This document shows positions 41,961 to 51,402 of a stretch of 64,000 nucleotides of DNA, piece after piece; position 1 is the first letter of the stretch; each line of letters starts with the position of its first letter. The notes under the pieces are model-generated. The model was not told where the DNA came from. It made no database searches and saw nothing but the letters and a program-made list of their open reading frames with translations. The position numbers and the translations under genes were made by a program. The stretch is from assembly GCA_963705305.1 (NCBI GenBank), contig OY970067.1:3712001-3776000 (forward strand), given 5' to 3'. The stretch is from an uncultured Methylomirabilota bacterium (GTDB lineage: Bacteria; Methylomirabilota; Methylomirabilia; Methylomirabilales; 2-02-FULL-66-22).

Positions 41961-43295
41961 CTAGATGCCGTGGGAGGAGAGAGTGGCTGCTCTCCCGATG
42001 ACGGTGTCCTTCTCGAGGACAGAGACCTCAGGCTTCAACCAGAAAGCCCAAACGGCCGCGCCGAAGACGAGCAGGCAAGCGGCCACGATGAAGGGGGCCA
42101 CCCAGGAGCCGTATTGGACCAGGATGCCGAAAACCGTCGGCGAAAGCGCCCCCCCGATATTGCCGGACATGTTCATCATTCCGGAGACGGTCCCTGAGTA
42201 CTCCCCACCCACGTCCATGGGGACGGCCCAGGACGGCCCGATGGTGCACTCGAGGAAGAACATCGACCCGGTCAGGCAATAGACCGCGGTGTAGGCATTC
42301 GCCGTGAGCGCGGCCGGTACGATGAACGCCACGCAGCCCAGCATGCCCACGATGGCCACCACTCGCCGGGAGAAATTGGTCTTCCCGGTCTTTACAAGCA
42401 GGAAGTCGGTTGACCAGCCCCCGACGGAGTCGCCGACCACGCCCGCGAGAAGAGGTAGCGAGGCAAAGTAGCCCATCTTGAGCAGCGTGAAATGCCGGTA
42501 GTCCACGAGGTACGAGGGCAGCCACGACAGGAAGATCCAGAGGCAGTAGACGTAGGTGAAGTAGCCGGCCATGATCGCCCACATGTTGGGAGATCGCAAG
42601 AGCACCCTCCAGGGGACGGCTGGTTTCTTCTTGATGTCCAGCGTCTTGACGTTGCCCTTTTCATCCGTGCCGCGGATGTACGCCAGCTCGGCCGATCCCG
42701 CCCATCGGTGCTCTTCGGGCATGTTGCGATAGGTCAGGTACCAGAGCACCGACCAGAGAAAGCCTATCGCCCCGCAGAGGTAGAACACCCATCGCCACCC
42801 GAAAGCAAGCATGATGGCCACCGACACCGGAGGCGCGACGGCTGCCCCCAGACGGCTGGCGCTGTGGGAGACCCCCTGAGCGATGCCGCGCTCTTTCCGC
42901 GGATACCAGAGCTGCATGGCCCGGGTCGCCGTCGGAAATGCGCCAGCCTCGCCCACGCCGAAGAGGAAGCGAACAACCGTGAACGAAACGGCGCCCACGG
43001 CCCTGGCGGTCAGTGCGGTCATAATGGACCAATAGGTGACGATGCTCCCCAGCACGCCCCTCGGCCCGTACTTGTCCCCCATCCAGCCGCCCGGCACCTG
43101 GAATAGGGCATAGCTCCAGACGAAGGCACTGAAGATAATCCCCATGGTGATTTTGCTGAAGCCGAACTCCTTGCTGATCAGCGGCGCGGCCGCGGCGATA
43201 TTCACGCGATCGATGTAGGTCACCAAATACATCAGGCTGATCAAGAGCAACACGTACCAGCGTGCGATCCCTCTTTTCTCTTTTGTGGTATGCAT
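41961..43295 (-). CDS. MFS transporter, ACS/sugar-acid type
   Basis: YIDRVNI, GEAGAFP, W.P.KERG, SWLPSYL. Confidence 0.92.
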   Translation of the reverse strand: MHTTKEKRGIARWYVLLLISLMYLVTYIDRVNIAAAAPLISKEFGFSKITMGIIFSAFVWSYALFQVPGGWMGDKYGPRGVLGSIVTYWSIMTALTARAVGAVSFTVVRFLFGVGEAGAFPTATRAMQLWYPRKERGIAQGVSHSASRLGAAVAPPVSVAIMLAFGWRWVFYLCGAIGFLWSVLWYLTYRNMPEEHRWAGSAELAYIRGTDEKGNVKTLDIKKKPAVPWRVLLRSPNMWAIMAGYFTYVYCLWIFLSWLPSYLVDYRHFTLLKMGYFASLPLLAGVVGDSVGGWSTDFLLVKTGKTNFSRRVVAIVGMLGCVAFIVPAALTANAYTAVYCLTGSMFFLECTIGPSWAVPMDVGGEYSGTVSGMMNMSGNIGGALSPTVFGILVQYGSWVAPFIVAACLLVFGAAVWAFWLKPEVSVLEKDTVIGRAATLSSHGI

Positions 43296-43489
43296 AATCG
43301 CTCCCTTCCTCAAATGCCAGACCCTTCAAATCATTCCGGTGCCCATGCTTGCCACGACTATGGGCTTTGGCGAACAATTCTAGGTAAGCCCCCCCCAGCG
43401 GCGCATCGCCCGGCCGGGGGGATTTCGAGGAAATATTGGGGGGAGGGGCGGCTTGAGTGGGGGTCGTGAGGATCTGCCTACGGGAGATC

Positions 43490-43903
43490 TCACGGCCCGG
43501 GCAGTAAAGGAGCATCCAGCACCGCGCCGCCCCGGCAGACGGAGCGGATCATCTTCTTCAGGTCCGCTAGCTCCACATCCTTGACCAGGTAGCCCTTCGC
43601 GCCCGCCGCCAGGCTCCGCAGGACCAGGGCGTCTTGGACGTAGTTGGTCAGCATCACCACCGCCGTCCGGGGGGCGGCCTGGAGGACGCGGGCGCAGACC
43701 TCGGGGCCGTCGAGATCGCCCAACTTCACGTCCAGGAGCATCACCTCCGGCTGGGTCTCCTGCGCCACGCGGACGGCCTCCTCACCCGTCCGCGCCTCGC
43801 CGAGGACGGCCATGTCGGGCTCGGCGGCGAGCGCCAGGCGGAGCCCGTGCCGCACTACCTCGTGGTCGTCCACGATGACGATGCCGATCGTCTTCCGGCT
43901 CAC
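43490..43903 (-). pseudogene. NarL-type response regulator truncated after the receiver domain
   Basis: VDDHEVVR.GL, LLD, GAKGYLVK, then GGAVLD and an early stop; no LuxR HTH; GTG overlaps the kinase stop. Confidence 0.75.
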
Positions 43904-45972
43904 CCTGCGCCTCCTTGGCTGGCCCGCCGGGGGCAGACCGCGGCGATCGCAGCGCACAGCTCGTCCGCCTCCACGGGCTTGGAAAGATAGCAATCGAACC
44001 CCGCCAGCAGGGCGCGATCCCGGTCCTGGCCGGAGGCGCTGGCCGTCAACGCCACGGCGGGGATCGCGCGCTGGGACGTCACTTCGCTCGCTCGCAGATC
44101 CGCGATGAAGGTCAAGCCGTCCTCGTCTGGCATCGCGATGTCGCAGAGCAGCACATCTGGCCGGGACAGCTGCAGCACCTCCCGGGCGTCGTGGGCAGAG
44201 GGGACGCCGGTCACCTCGGCGCCATGCCGGCGCAGCACAGCCGTCAGCACCTCGACGGTCTTGGCATCGTCATCCACCACCAGCACGTGCATCCCAGCAA
44301 GGGTTGCGGAATCGACAGAGGACGCCTTCGAGGCTGCGGCCGGCGACCCCGTCGACGAACCGTCGCCCTCCGCGAGCGGCAGGTCCACGGTGAAGGTCGC
44401 CCCTCGATTTTCACCTGCACTGCGCGCGGAAACGCGGCCGCCGTGCAGCTCGACAAGGTGGCGCACCATGAAGAGTCCCAGGCCGAGCCCTGCGTGGGCC
44501 CGCCCGCCCGCATCCTGTTGAAAGCGCTCGAACAGCCGGGGGAGAAACTCCGGTGCGATGCCCTTACCCGTGTCGGTTACAATGATCCGCGCGCTGTCCC
44601 CCGCCTGGAGCAACGTCACGTCGATCCGCCCCCCTTCAGGCGTGAACTGCACGGCATTGGAGAGCAGATTCCCGATCACTTGTCCCAGACGGGCTGGATC
44701 CCCCGTGACGGGCCCGACGTCTTGGTCCGTGTAGACATTGAGCGTGATGCACTTGGCAGCCGCGAGCGGCCGGTGCGAGTTGACGGCGAGCTCCACGATC
44801 CGGGCAAGATCGACGGTGCGCATATCCAAGATGAGCTTGCCCGCCATGATGCGGCTGACGTCCAGCAAGTCGGCGATGAGCCGATTTTGCAGGACGGCGT
44901 TCTCCTCGATGATCTCGAGCGCCTGCTGCACCGTGGCGGCATCGATCACCCCGGCGCGGAGCAGCCGGACCCAGAGGAGAACGACGTTCAACGGGCTTCG
45001 CAGCTCATGGGACAGGATTGCCAGGAACTCGTCCTTGCGGCGGTCGGCTTCCTTGATCGCCTCTTCCGCCTGCTTGCGCTCTGTGATGTCCAGACTCACG
45101 CCGATCATCCGCGCGGGCCGGCCCCGCTCGTCGGGCAGGATTTTGCCTTTCCGCAACAACCAGCGGGTGCTCCCGTCGGGCCAGCGGGTGCGGAATTCGC
45201 TCTCGTACTCTGTCCGCCGTGCGACCGCGCTGGCGATCGCCAGGAGTGCCCGCTCCCGATCATCCGGATGGATCAGATTCAAGACATCATCGAATGTTCC
45301 ATCGGCGGGTCCTGGGGCTTCCCCGCGCCTCGCCTCACCGAATGCCGGCGAGCCGAGCTCGTCCGTTGGAATGTTCCAGTCCCAGGTGGCCATGCGGCCG
45401 GCATCTAGGGCCAGCCGAAGCCGTTCCTCACTCTGCTTGCGCTCGGCCACCTCGTGCTCCAACGCCTTCTGGCGGTCTCGCGCGTCAGACGCGGCACTTT
45501 CATACCGACCATGCGCGGCCCGCATCGCTTCGGCAAAGCCGGTGATAATGAGGCACGACATGAGATAGAGGGGCAGGCCGAGGAACTCGGCCGCTCCCGG
45601 GAAGCCGAACGCCCCTCGAGGCTCGATAAAGAAATAGTTAGCGACCACATAGCCCAGGCCAGTGGTAAGCACGGCCGGCCCGTAGCCGCCGTACCAAGCC
45701 GCCAAGGCCACCGCGCCATACAGGGTCGGGAATGGCTCGGCATGGCCCAGCAAGGGGTCCATCGCCCAGCGGACGGCCAGCGCGGCGGCGGTGGCCGCAA
45801 TCGCGACAGCGTATGCCAGTGGCGTGTGGGTGGTTCGCCGGGCTGTAAGGATCCGAAGTACGATCGAGTTGCGAATGGCGGACGAAAACCCGGAGCCGTG
45901 AGGGCGGGAAGAGGGAGGAGGATCTTGCTGCGGTTCCGACGCGAAGCCGTCGGGACGATCAGCTGCTGCCAT
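43900..45972 (-). CDS. Hybrid histidine kinase (DUF4118-like membrane sensor, PAS, HisKA, HATPase, REC)
   Basis: KDEFLAILSHELRSPL, GLGLGL, LVVDDD, CDIAMP, SKP; alternative start at 46020. Confidence 0.9.
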   Translation of the reverse strand: MAAADRPDGFASEPQQDPPPSSRPHGSGFSSAIRNSIVLRILTARRTTHTPLAYAVAIAATAAALAVRWAMDPLLGHAEPFPTLYGAVALAAWYGGYGPAVLTTGLGYVVANYFFIEPRGAFGFPGAAEFLGLPLYLMSCLIITGFAEAMRAAHGRYESAASDARDRQKALEHEVAERKQSEERLRLALDAGRMATWDWNIPTDELGSPAFGEARRGEAPGPADGTFDDVLNLIHPDDRERALLAIASAVARRTEYESEFRTRWPDGSTRWLLRKGKILPDERGRPARMIGVSLDITERKQAEEAIKEADRRKDEFLAILSHELRSPLNVVLLWVRLLRAGVIDAATVQQALEIIEENAVLQNRLIADLLDVSRIMAGKLILDMRTVDLARIVELAVNSHRPLAAAKCITLNVYTDQDVGPVTGDPARLGQVIGNLLSNAVQFTPEGGRIDVTLLQAGDSARIIVTDTGKGIAPEFLPRLFERFQQDAGGRAHAGLGLGLFMVRHLVELHGGRVSARSAGENRGATFTVDLPLAEGDGSSTGSPAAASKASSVDSATLAGMHVLVVDDDAKTVEVLTAVLRRHGAEVTGVPSAHDAREVLQLSRPDVLLCDIAMPDEDGLTFIADLRASEVTSQRAIPAVALTASASGQDRDRALLAGFDCYLSKPVEADELCAAIAAVCPRRASQGGAG

Positions 45973-46110
45973 GCGGTCCACCTGCTCGTGGAAAAAGGAT
46001 CGTGGGGCCCAACGCTGCATAAGGATTCCCCAACTGTCCTGTTCTGCGGCATTCTATGGTGAAGGGTGATTCATTGTAAAGGCGGTTTCTCGCCCTGCCT
46101 GGGGTAAGGA

Positions 46111-46272
46111 ACGGTTCTAGGTGCTGCGGTGAAAAACGGTTCTGTGTGCTGCAGTTCGAGGTGCGGCGGTTTTCAAACCTCGAACCTCGAACCTTGAACT
46201 TAGAACCCTAACGCTCGAACCGCGACGCTCAAGCCTAGGACCTCGAACGTGAAACGTCGAACGTAGCGAACC
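46111..46272. repeat. Degenerate heptamer tandem repeat with inverted halves
   Basis: AACCTCG AACCTCG AACCTTG AACTTAG AACC... preceded by GGTTCTA/GTTCGAG units. Confidence 0.75.
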
Positions 46273-46300
46273 ACGCCATGCGTGGGAGCCTGCCGACGCC

Positions 46301-46329
46301 TTGAATCCCTTGGAGGCTTGGGGTATGCT
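46301..46329 (+). promoter_or_regulatory. sigma70 promoter of rnpB
   Basis: TTGAAT, 17-bp spacer, TATGCT, about 7 bp upstream of the P1 helix. Confidence 0.75.
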
Positions 46330-46336
46330 GGGGTCG

Positions 46337-46749
46337 GCCGGAGAGGGCCGGGTGGTCGCTCTTTCCGCCGCGAGGCGGGGAGAGAGGAAAGTCCGGACTC
46401 CGCAGGGCGGGGTGGTCGGTAACGCCGACCGGGGGTGACCCTAGGGAAAGTGCCACAGAAAACATACCGCCCCGAGCAAGGCCCGCGAGGGCCGCGTCGA
46501 GGGGTAAGGGTGAAAAGGTGCGGTAAGAGCGCACCGCGGCCCCGGTGACGGGGCCGGCATGGCAAACCCCACCCGGAGCAAGGCCAAATAGGGGAGCATC
46601 CCCGCCGGCAACGGCGGGGTCGTAGGGTGGTCCCGCCCGAGACTCCCGGGTTGGCCGCTTGAGGCCGCCGGCAACGGCGGTCCCAGAGAAATGATCACCG
46701 GCTCCGGCAACGGAGCGTCACAGAATCCGGCTTATAGGCCCTCTCCGGC
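46337..46749 (+). ncRNA. rnpB: RNase P RNA, bacterial type A
   Basis: GAGGAAAGTCCGGACTC, GAAAGTGCCACAGAAAA, GGTAAGAGCGCAC, GGCAAACCCC, ACAGAATCCGGCTTAT; P1 ends GCCGGAGAGGGCC/GGCCCTCTCCGGC; T-run follows. Confidence 0.98.
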
Positions 46750-47322
46750 TTTTTTATGCCTAACTATCGGAAATCATTGTGAAAAAAATCTAGGCATGGA
46801 TTTTGAGGTCTGAAGGTCCTAGAAACCAGGATTCTGTGTCCTTCGTTTCTGCCTCTAGAAAATGTACGATCTGACTCCACGATCTTCGCTATCGTTTATC
46901 GTGGAGCCTTGAATTGTTGAATGTCCAAGATCCAAGATACCCACCAGGATCTCTCCTGATTCGTGTTCATCTGCCTTTTCAAACCGGGAAAAAGTCTCGG
47001 GGGCTATACCTTGGATACCCAATCCCCCGATAAGCGATTTCTGGAGGCATACAGCACGTCAGGAACGGAATCTTTAAGCTGCCGGTAACCCGTTTTGCTG
47101 ATCCGGGAATCCTGCAGATCCGATCAAGCCGACCACCCGTTTTTGGACTAAGCCCACCTCCTGAGCAGCCAATATTTTCCTCGACAGCTTCAGTAGGATT
47201 ATCGCAGCCGGATATAATCCTTCCTGGACAGCCATATCTCACTGTGCCGGTCCTCTTTCGTCATCTCGGTATGCGTTTTCTGCCATCCGTGTTCCCGTGG
47301 TCCGGGATAAGGGTAGTTTGCC

Positions 47323-47352
47323 TTGACAACCCGGCATGCCCTCCGATACGCT
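47323..47352 (+). promoter_or_regulatory. Putative sigma70 promoter upstream of the 567-aa gene
   Basis: TTGACA, 18-bp spacer, TACGCT. Confidence 0.45.
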
Positions 47353-47492
47353 CCTACCAACGATCTGCTCGCCCTTTCTACAACGATTCAGTGGGTCCCA
47401 TGCGGACCTATTGCCAGATATGGGCATTCGGCCACAAACCAGAAGAGCGCAGTTCGCTTCCTAAGTATCCAGGAAATGGGACCTGACTCGCA

Positions 47493-49196
47493 ATGAATCA
47501 AAATGAAATTACTAAAGAAGCCGAATGGCTACGCCACGTTGACCTGATCGACTTTATGCAATCGGATGCGCTTCATTCTCCATGGTTCCCAGCATTCAAA
47601 AGTACGAAGTCCGAGCGGGAAGAGACGCGCTGGTTTTCTGCGCTTGTTCCGGTATCCCAGGTTTCCGTCCTGGTTTCGAACTCCCACGGGTGGGATATCG
47701 GTCCATCTGATGGCTCGCCCTCTATCTGGACACATTATGGGGGGAGCAAAGTGGTGGAACGTAGATACTGTCCTTACGGGAACGAGGAAGGTATCGAGCC
47801 CATTGTGATTTATAGGTCCTTTCACGGAATGCGGCGAGAAGGGTTGGAGTTGGCTCAGGAATTCCGGCTTTTCCACAACCTCTACGAAGACTCCAAGCGG
47901 AACCAATACCTTAAGTTCGACTCTAATGGTGATGAGGCAGTCGCAGTCCGGTATGGGGACAGCCACGTCGAGATTCTCACTGATTTACTACGAGAATTCT
48001 GTGATGCAAAGCAAATGGCGCTCGCTGTATACCTCGAGAGTTTTCGCTATAGCGAGAGGACTCTTGAGGAACTTGGACTGGAAGAGCAGCGAACCGAATG
48101 GCAGGGTGACCGCTACAAGTTTAGTCTTGCGATTGTCCCCAAAGATGGGATGTTCCAGCGGGCTGACGTCGAATCGCGCGGGCTTATGATAGGTGCGAAG
48201 AAGTATATTTTGCCCGGATCGATGCCAGCCGAAAATGACAAAGAATCAGAATCCTTCCAAGAGTTCATCATAGGTGAGGATGCTAAAGGCAGACCCGTAA
48301 AGCACTCATGTGATCCCAGCGGTCTCGCGAATTATTTCGGAAAGAACCCGGAGGCGCCCCATTACCTGACACCCGTGTTCTTTAGGCCAGAAGTGCTCGG
48401 CAAGTACTACCAGGAACCTGACAAATATTCGGTGGAAGACGGGTATCTCAGATGTGGAAGCCTTTGGGGGTTGCGGCTGGACAATGACAATCCAGATCAC
48501 ATAATGGTTTTCCTCGGCGATCTCGGGACTGACCTCTCAGAGAAGGAGCGCAATTATTGGTTGAACTTCAATATCTCTCCGCAAGGGCGCGGGATGAGCA
48601 AGACAACATTTAGGCGATCCTTCATGGCAGAATTTGCTGATCCATCTCGCCCTGACCACGCATTCAAGCATGTCTACACACGATTTTGTCATGAGTACCG
48701 AAAGAAATATGGGTGGGACCTCTTTTTACCTCTTCATAGTGACGATCAGCATTTTCTCACAGCGTTGCACCTTCCAGCGAATGACAATCAGGCGGATTTC
48801 GATGGTCAGTTGATAGCCTTGACCAAGATTCTTATCGATTGTCTCAATGAAAGGGAAATTGCCAAGCATGTTCAGAACATTGCTCAGGGCGACAAGGGCA
48901 TTACGAAGCTTGAACACTTTTTGTTGGAGCGGTCGCTAGATGGATTTGAGAAACACATCAGATTTCTTCGGATCTTACAGGACTTGCGCTCAAAATCGGC
49001 TGCGCACCGCAAAGGTTCCGAATATGAGAAATTGATCTCTCAACTTGCACTCAAAGATGAAGGCCAGAAGGTTATATTTGGCAAGCTTCTGGTCGCGGGT
49101 TGCCGCTTTCTCGAATACCTTTTCACGAAGCTATGCGGGGGTTCAACCTCGCGAGACCAGAGCCAACCCCAATGCGGTACATCGGACAAGGAATGA
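47493..49196 (+). CDS. Hypothetical protein with C-terminal HEPN-like R-x5-H motif
   Basis: 567-aa intact ORF; helical C-terminus with LQDLRSKSAAHRK. Confidence 0.7.
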   Translation: MNQNEITKEAEWLRHVDLIDFMQSDALHSPWFPAFKSTKSEREETRWFSALVPVSQVSVLVSNSHGWDIGPSDGSPSIWTHYGGSKVVERRYCPYGNEEGIEPIVIYRSFHGMRREGLELAQEFRLFHNLYEDSKRNQYLKFDSNGDEAVAVRYGDSHVEILTDLLREFCDAKQMALAVYLESFRYSERTLEELGLEEQRTEWQGDRYKFSLAIVPKDGMFQRADVESRGLMIGAKKYILPGSMPAENDKESESFQEFIIGEDAKGRPVKHSCDPSGLANYFGKNPEAPHYLTPVFFRPEVLGKYYQEPDKYSVEDGYLRCGSLWGLRLDNDNPDHIMVFLGDLGTDLSEKERNYWLNFNISPQGRGMSKTTFRRSFMAEFADPSRPDHAFKHVYTRFCHEYRKKYGWDLFLPLHSDDQHFLTALHLPANDNQADFDGQLIALTKILIDCLNEREIAKHVQNIAQGDKGITKLEHFLLERSLDGFEKHIRFLRILQDLRSKSAAHRKGSEYEKLISQLALKDEGQKVIFGKLLVAGCRFLEYLFTKLCGGSTSRDQSQPQCGTSDKE

Positions 49197-49202
49197 CCAA
49201 AT

Positions 49203-49300
49203 AGCGAACAACGGCGGGAACCAGTAGCTCATTCAGCGGGGTGTTTGCTCTTTGCGGGCCTGTCTCGCTCTCCCTGCTCGGAAGGTTCCCGCCCGCACTA
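49203..49300 (+). other. Degenerate attC-like site
   Basis: AGCGAAC 6 bp after the stop, then GGCGGGAACC (49213-49222) pairing with GGTTCCCGCC (49284-49293); distal GTT core lost. Confidence 0.45.
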
Positions 49301-49669
49301 GTGATATTCCTTCCATCTATTGCCTACATTCGCCTTTTTTGGAAACCTGGGTAATATTCGAATCCCACCCCTCATTTTATCTGCCAACATCTTCCCTATG
49401 TGACGAGATCCGCAACAATAAGGTATTGTATTTCCTCATGTTATCGAAACGGAAACGATTGTGGTTGACAGCCAATAAGTTAAGCGATACTTTTCCTTTT
49501 ACAACCCGCTGATTTCTCTTCTGTCATCCCGGGGGTGTTATGCAGACACTATATAACATCCCGATCATTGTTTTCCTTGTGTCTAGGTCCTTGCCTTATC
49601 GCTGCCTTTCCAATCACCATGACAGGGAGCACGGTTGTCTCTTCAATAATGCCTTAACGGACGAGTAAC

Positions 49670-50448
49670 ATGGAAGATGGGTATGCTGGTGACGTGGGAG
49701 ACTTCAGTAAGTTTGCATTGCTAAAGTCGTTATTTGGCTGCGCAAATCGTACAATCGGTGTTACTTCGTTCCTCTTTCCGAACGAATCTCAACGAAACGA
49801 TGGAAGGTATGTCGATAACGTCGATCAGCAACGCTTTTTTTGGCTGATGAAGGTCTTTGTAAGCGATTGAAGAAAATCTTGGCTGGTAAAAGATGTGTCG
49901 CCTCCCTCGAAAAAGCAGGATTGCTTCCGGACAGCACCGTTTATTTCTCTGAACCGCCTTACTTTCATATAAGTTATCCCAGCCAAAGCTATAAAGACAA
50001 AACAGAGAGGGAATTCCAGAGAAAACAGTGGCTGAAGAAGGCGACTAATACTGTCTTGGAATGCAGGGTGTTGTCTCTTGATCCTGACAATGGTTTGCAA
50101 GTAAAATCGTGTCCAAGGATAAGTCAAAAAAAGTCCGGCAAATTTGCCTATTATTCTGAGATTTCGGAACTATGGAGAGACAAATCTGTCTGCGTCATTT
50201 ATCACCATGTCAATCGTCATGGAACACATTCAGAAGAAATTAGAGCAAGGGTTCAGGAATTGAAAACGCAAATCAAACCTTCAGGTAGGATATTTGCATT
50301 GCGCTTCTGGCCGTATAGTCCACGAACGTATTTTATCCTTACAGCGTCAGAGGAAGAAGCGAGCTGTATCATAGATCGAATTGATCATTTCTTACAGAGT
50401 GCATGCGGTAAGTTCTGGGATTGTTATCAGGAGGATGAGAACGCATAA
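49670..50448 (+). pseudogene. Hypothetical methyltransferase-fold protein, frameshifted at T7 (49835-49841)
   Basis: N-part YAGDVGDFSKFALL and C-part LDPDNG...VIYHH in different frames; one extra T would fuse them. Confidence 0.65.
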
Positions 50449-50542
50449 GAGATGGCTTTGTCATCAGTATCCTTTCACCAATGCTCTAAAGTGATTGTTA
50501 TGGTCGAATGTAAAGCGAGTGCATAGACGGAATAGGGTAAAC

Positions 50543-50571
50543 TTGACAAATGCCCAGGAAGCGAATATACA
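50543..50571 (+). promoter_or_regulatory. sigma70 promoter
   Basis: TTGACA, 17-bp spacer, [15 protein letters not shown] before 50617. Confidence 0.7.
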
Positions 50572-50616
50572 TGAAACACACATAAACCTTTTCCGTCCAC
50601 CCATTAAGGAGGATCT

Positions 50617-50897
50617 ATGGCTCTCCAATTAAAGGCAGTTCTCGGTAAGGCACTGCGGGAACTAGAAAAGGAACGAGTAAAGGTAGATCGACAAATTGCA
50701 GCAGTTCAGGCAGTCTTGGGAGCATCAGATAGCGAGAAATCCTCACCCGTAAAAGCCAGATCCCGTAAAACGCGAATGATGAGTGCGGCAGCAAGATGGC
50801 GCATAAGCCTGCCTCTGAAATCAGTCTACGATGTTGTGGCGGCGCCCACCTAGCCATGAAAAAACGGTGGGCAGATCGGAAGAAGGCTGATGGTTAA
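50617..50897 (+). pseudogene. Small basic coiled-coil protein interrupted by a 41-bp insertion
   Basis: Removing 50811-50851 gives ...MSAAARWRISLAMKKRWADRKKADG-stop. Confidence 0.65.
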
Positions 50898-51402
50898 CCA
50901 GGAAGAGAGAGGCTAAGGCTAGACCGGAAAAGGAGTGTAATTAAATGGTTACACAATCTATGCAAGGAAGTGAGTTACGGATTGCGCCATTCTTTCGTCG
51001 TTGAGGAAAGGTGAAGAGCGTATTGGCAGGGGTTATATCGACACGGCCGATCTGCATGAACTAAAGGAGAAGATCGAGACAGGTGGCCGGTTTCTTCCTA
51101 CTCGAGTCTTGATCAGATCGATATCGGTGTCTAGGGGACCACTGCAAGAGCATGTCAGAAAAGCACCCACGCCAATTATGATCAAAATTGGGAGGGCAGT
51201 CTTACAGATGAGGAGGTTATACGGTACCTGCCCGCATTTAAGAGTGCCATTCAAGTTCCGGTTTACGTTCTCGGGATCGAGCTATAGCTTCCAGCCACTG
51301 ACATGGATGGATTCAAGTCTGAGTTCGACCCATCGTATGACCGTGCGCTGATACGCAGGTTGAGCCTCTGCTCCTTTCCACGTCTTCGGGGTTGTCGCGC
51401 AG

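Noticed and set aside
46756..46797. ATGCCTA...TAGGCAT inverted repeat as an attC site
   Set aside because: Too short (about 42 bp) and lacks a GTT core
46760..47300. Degenerate integron integrase divergent from the cassette-like genes
   Set aside because: The minus-strand frames examined show no tyrosine-recombinase motifs and contain stops
51001..51351. 116-aa ORF in the island
   Set aside because: TTG start, no SD and no recognisable motif; possibly a decayed gene but unsupported
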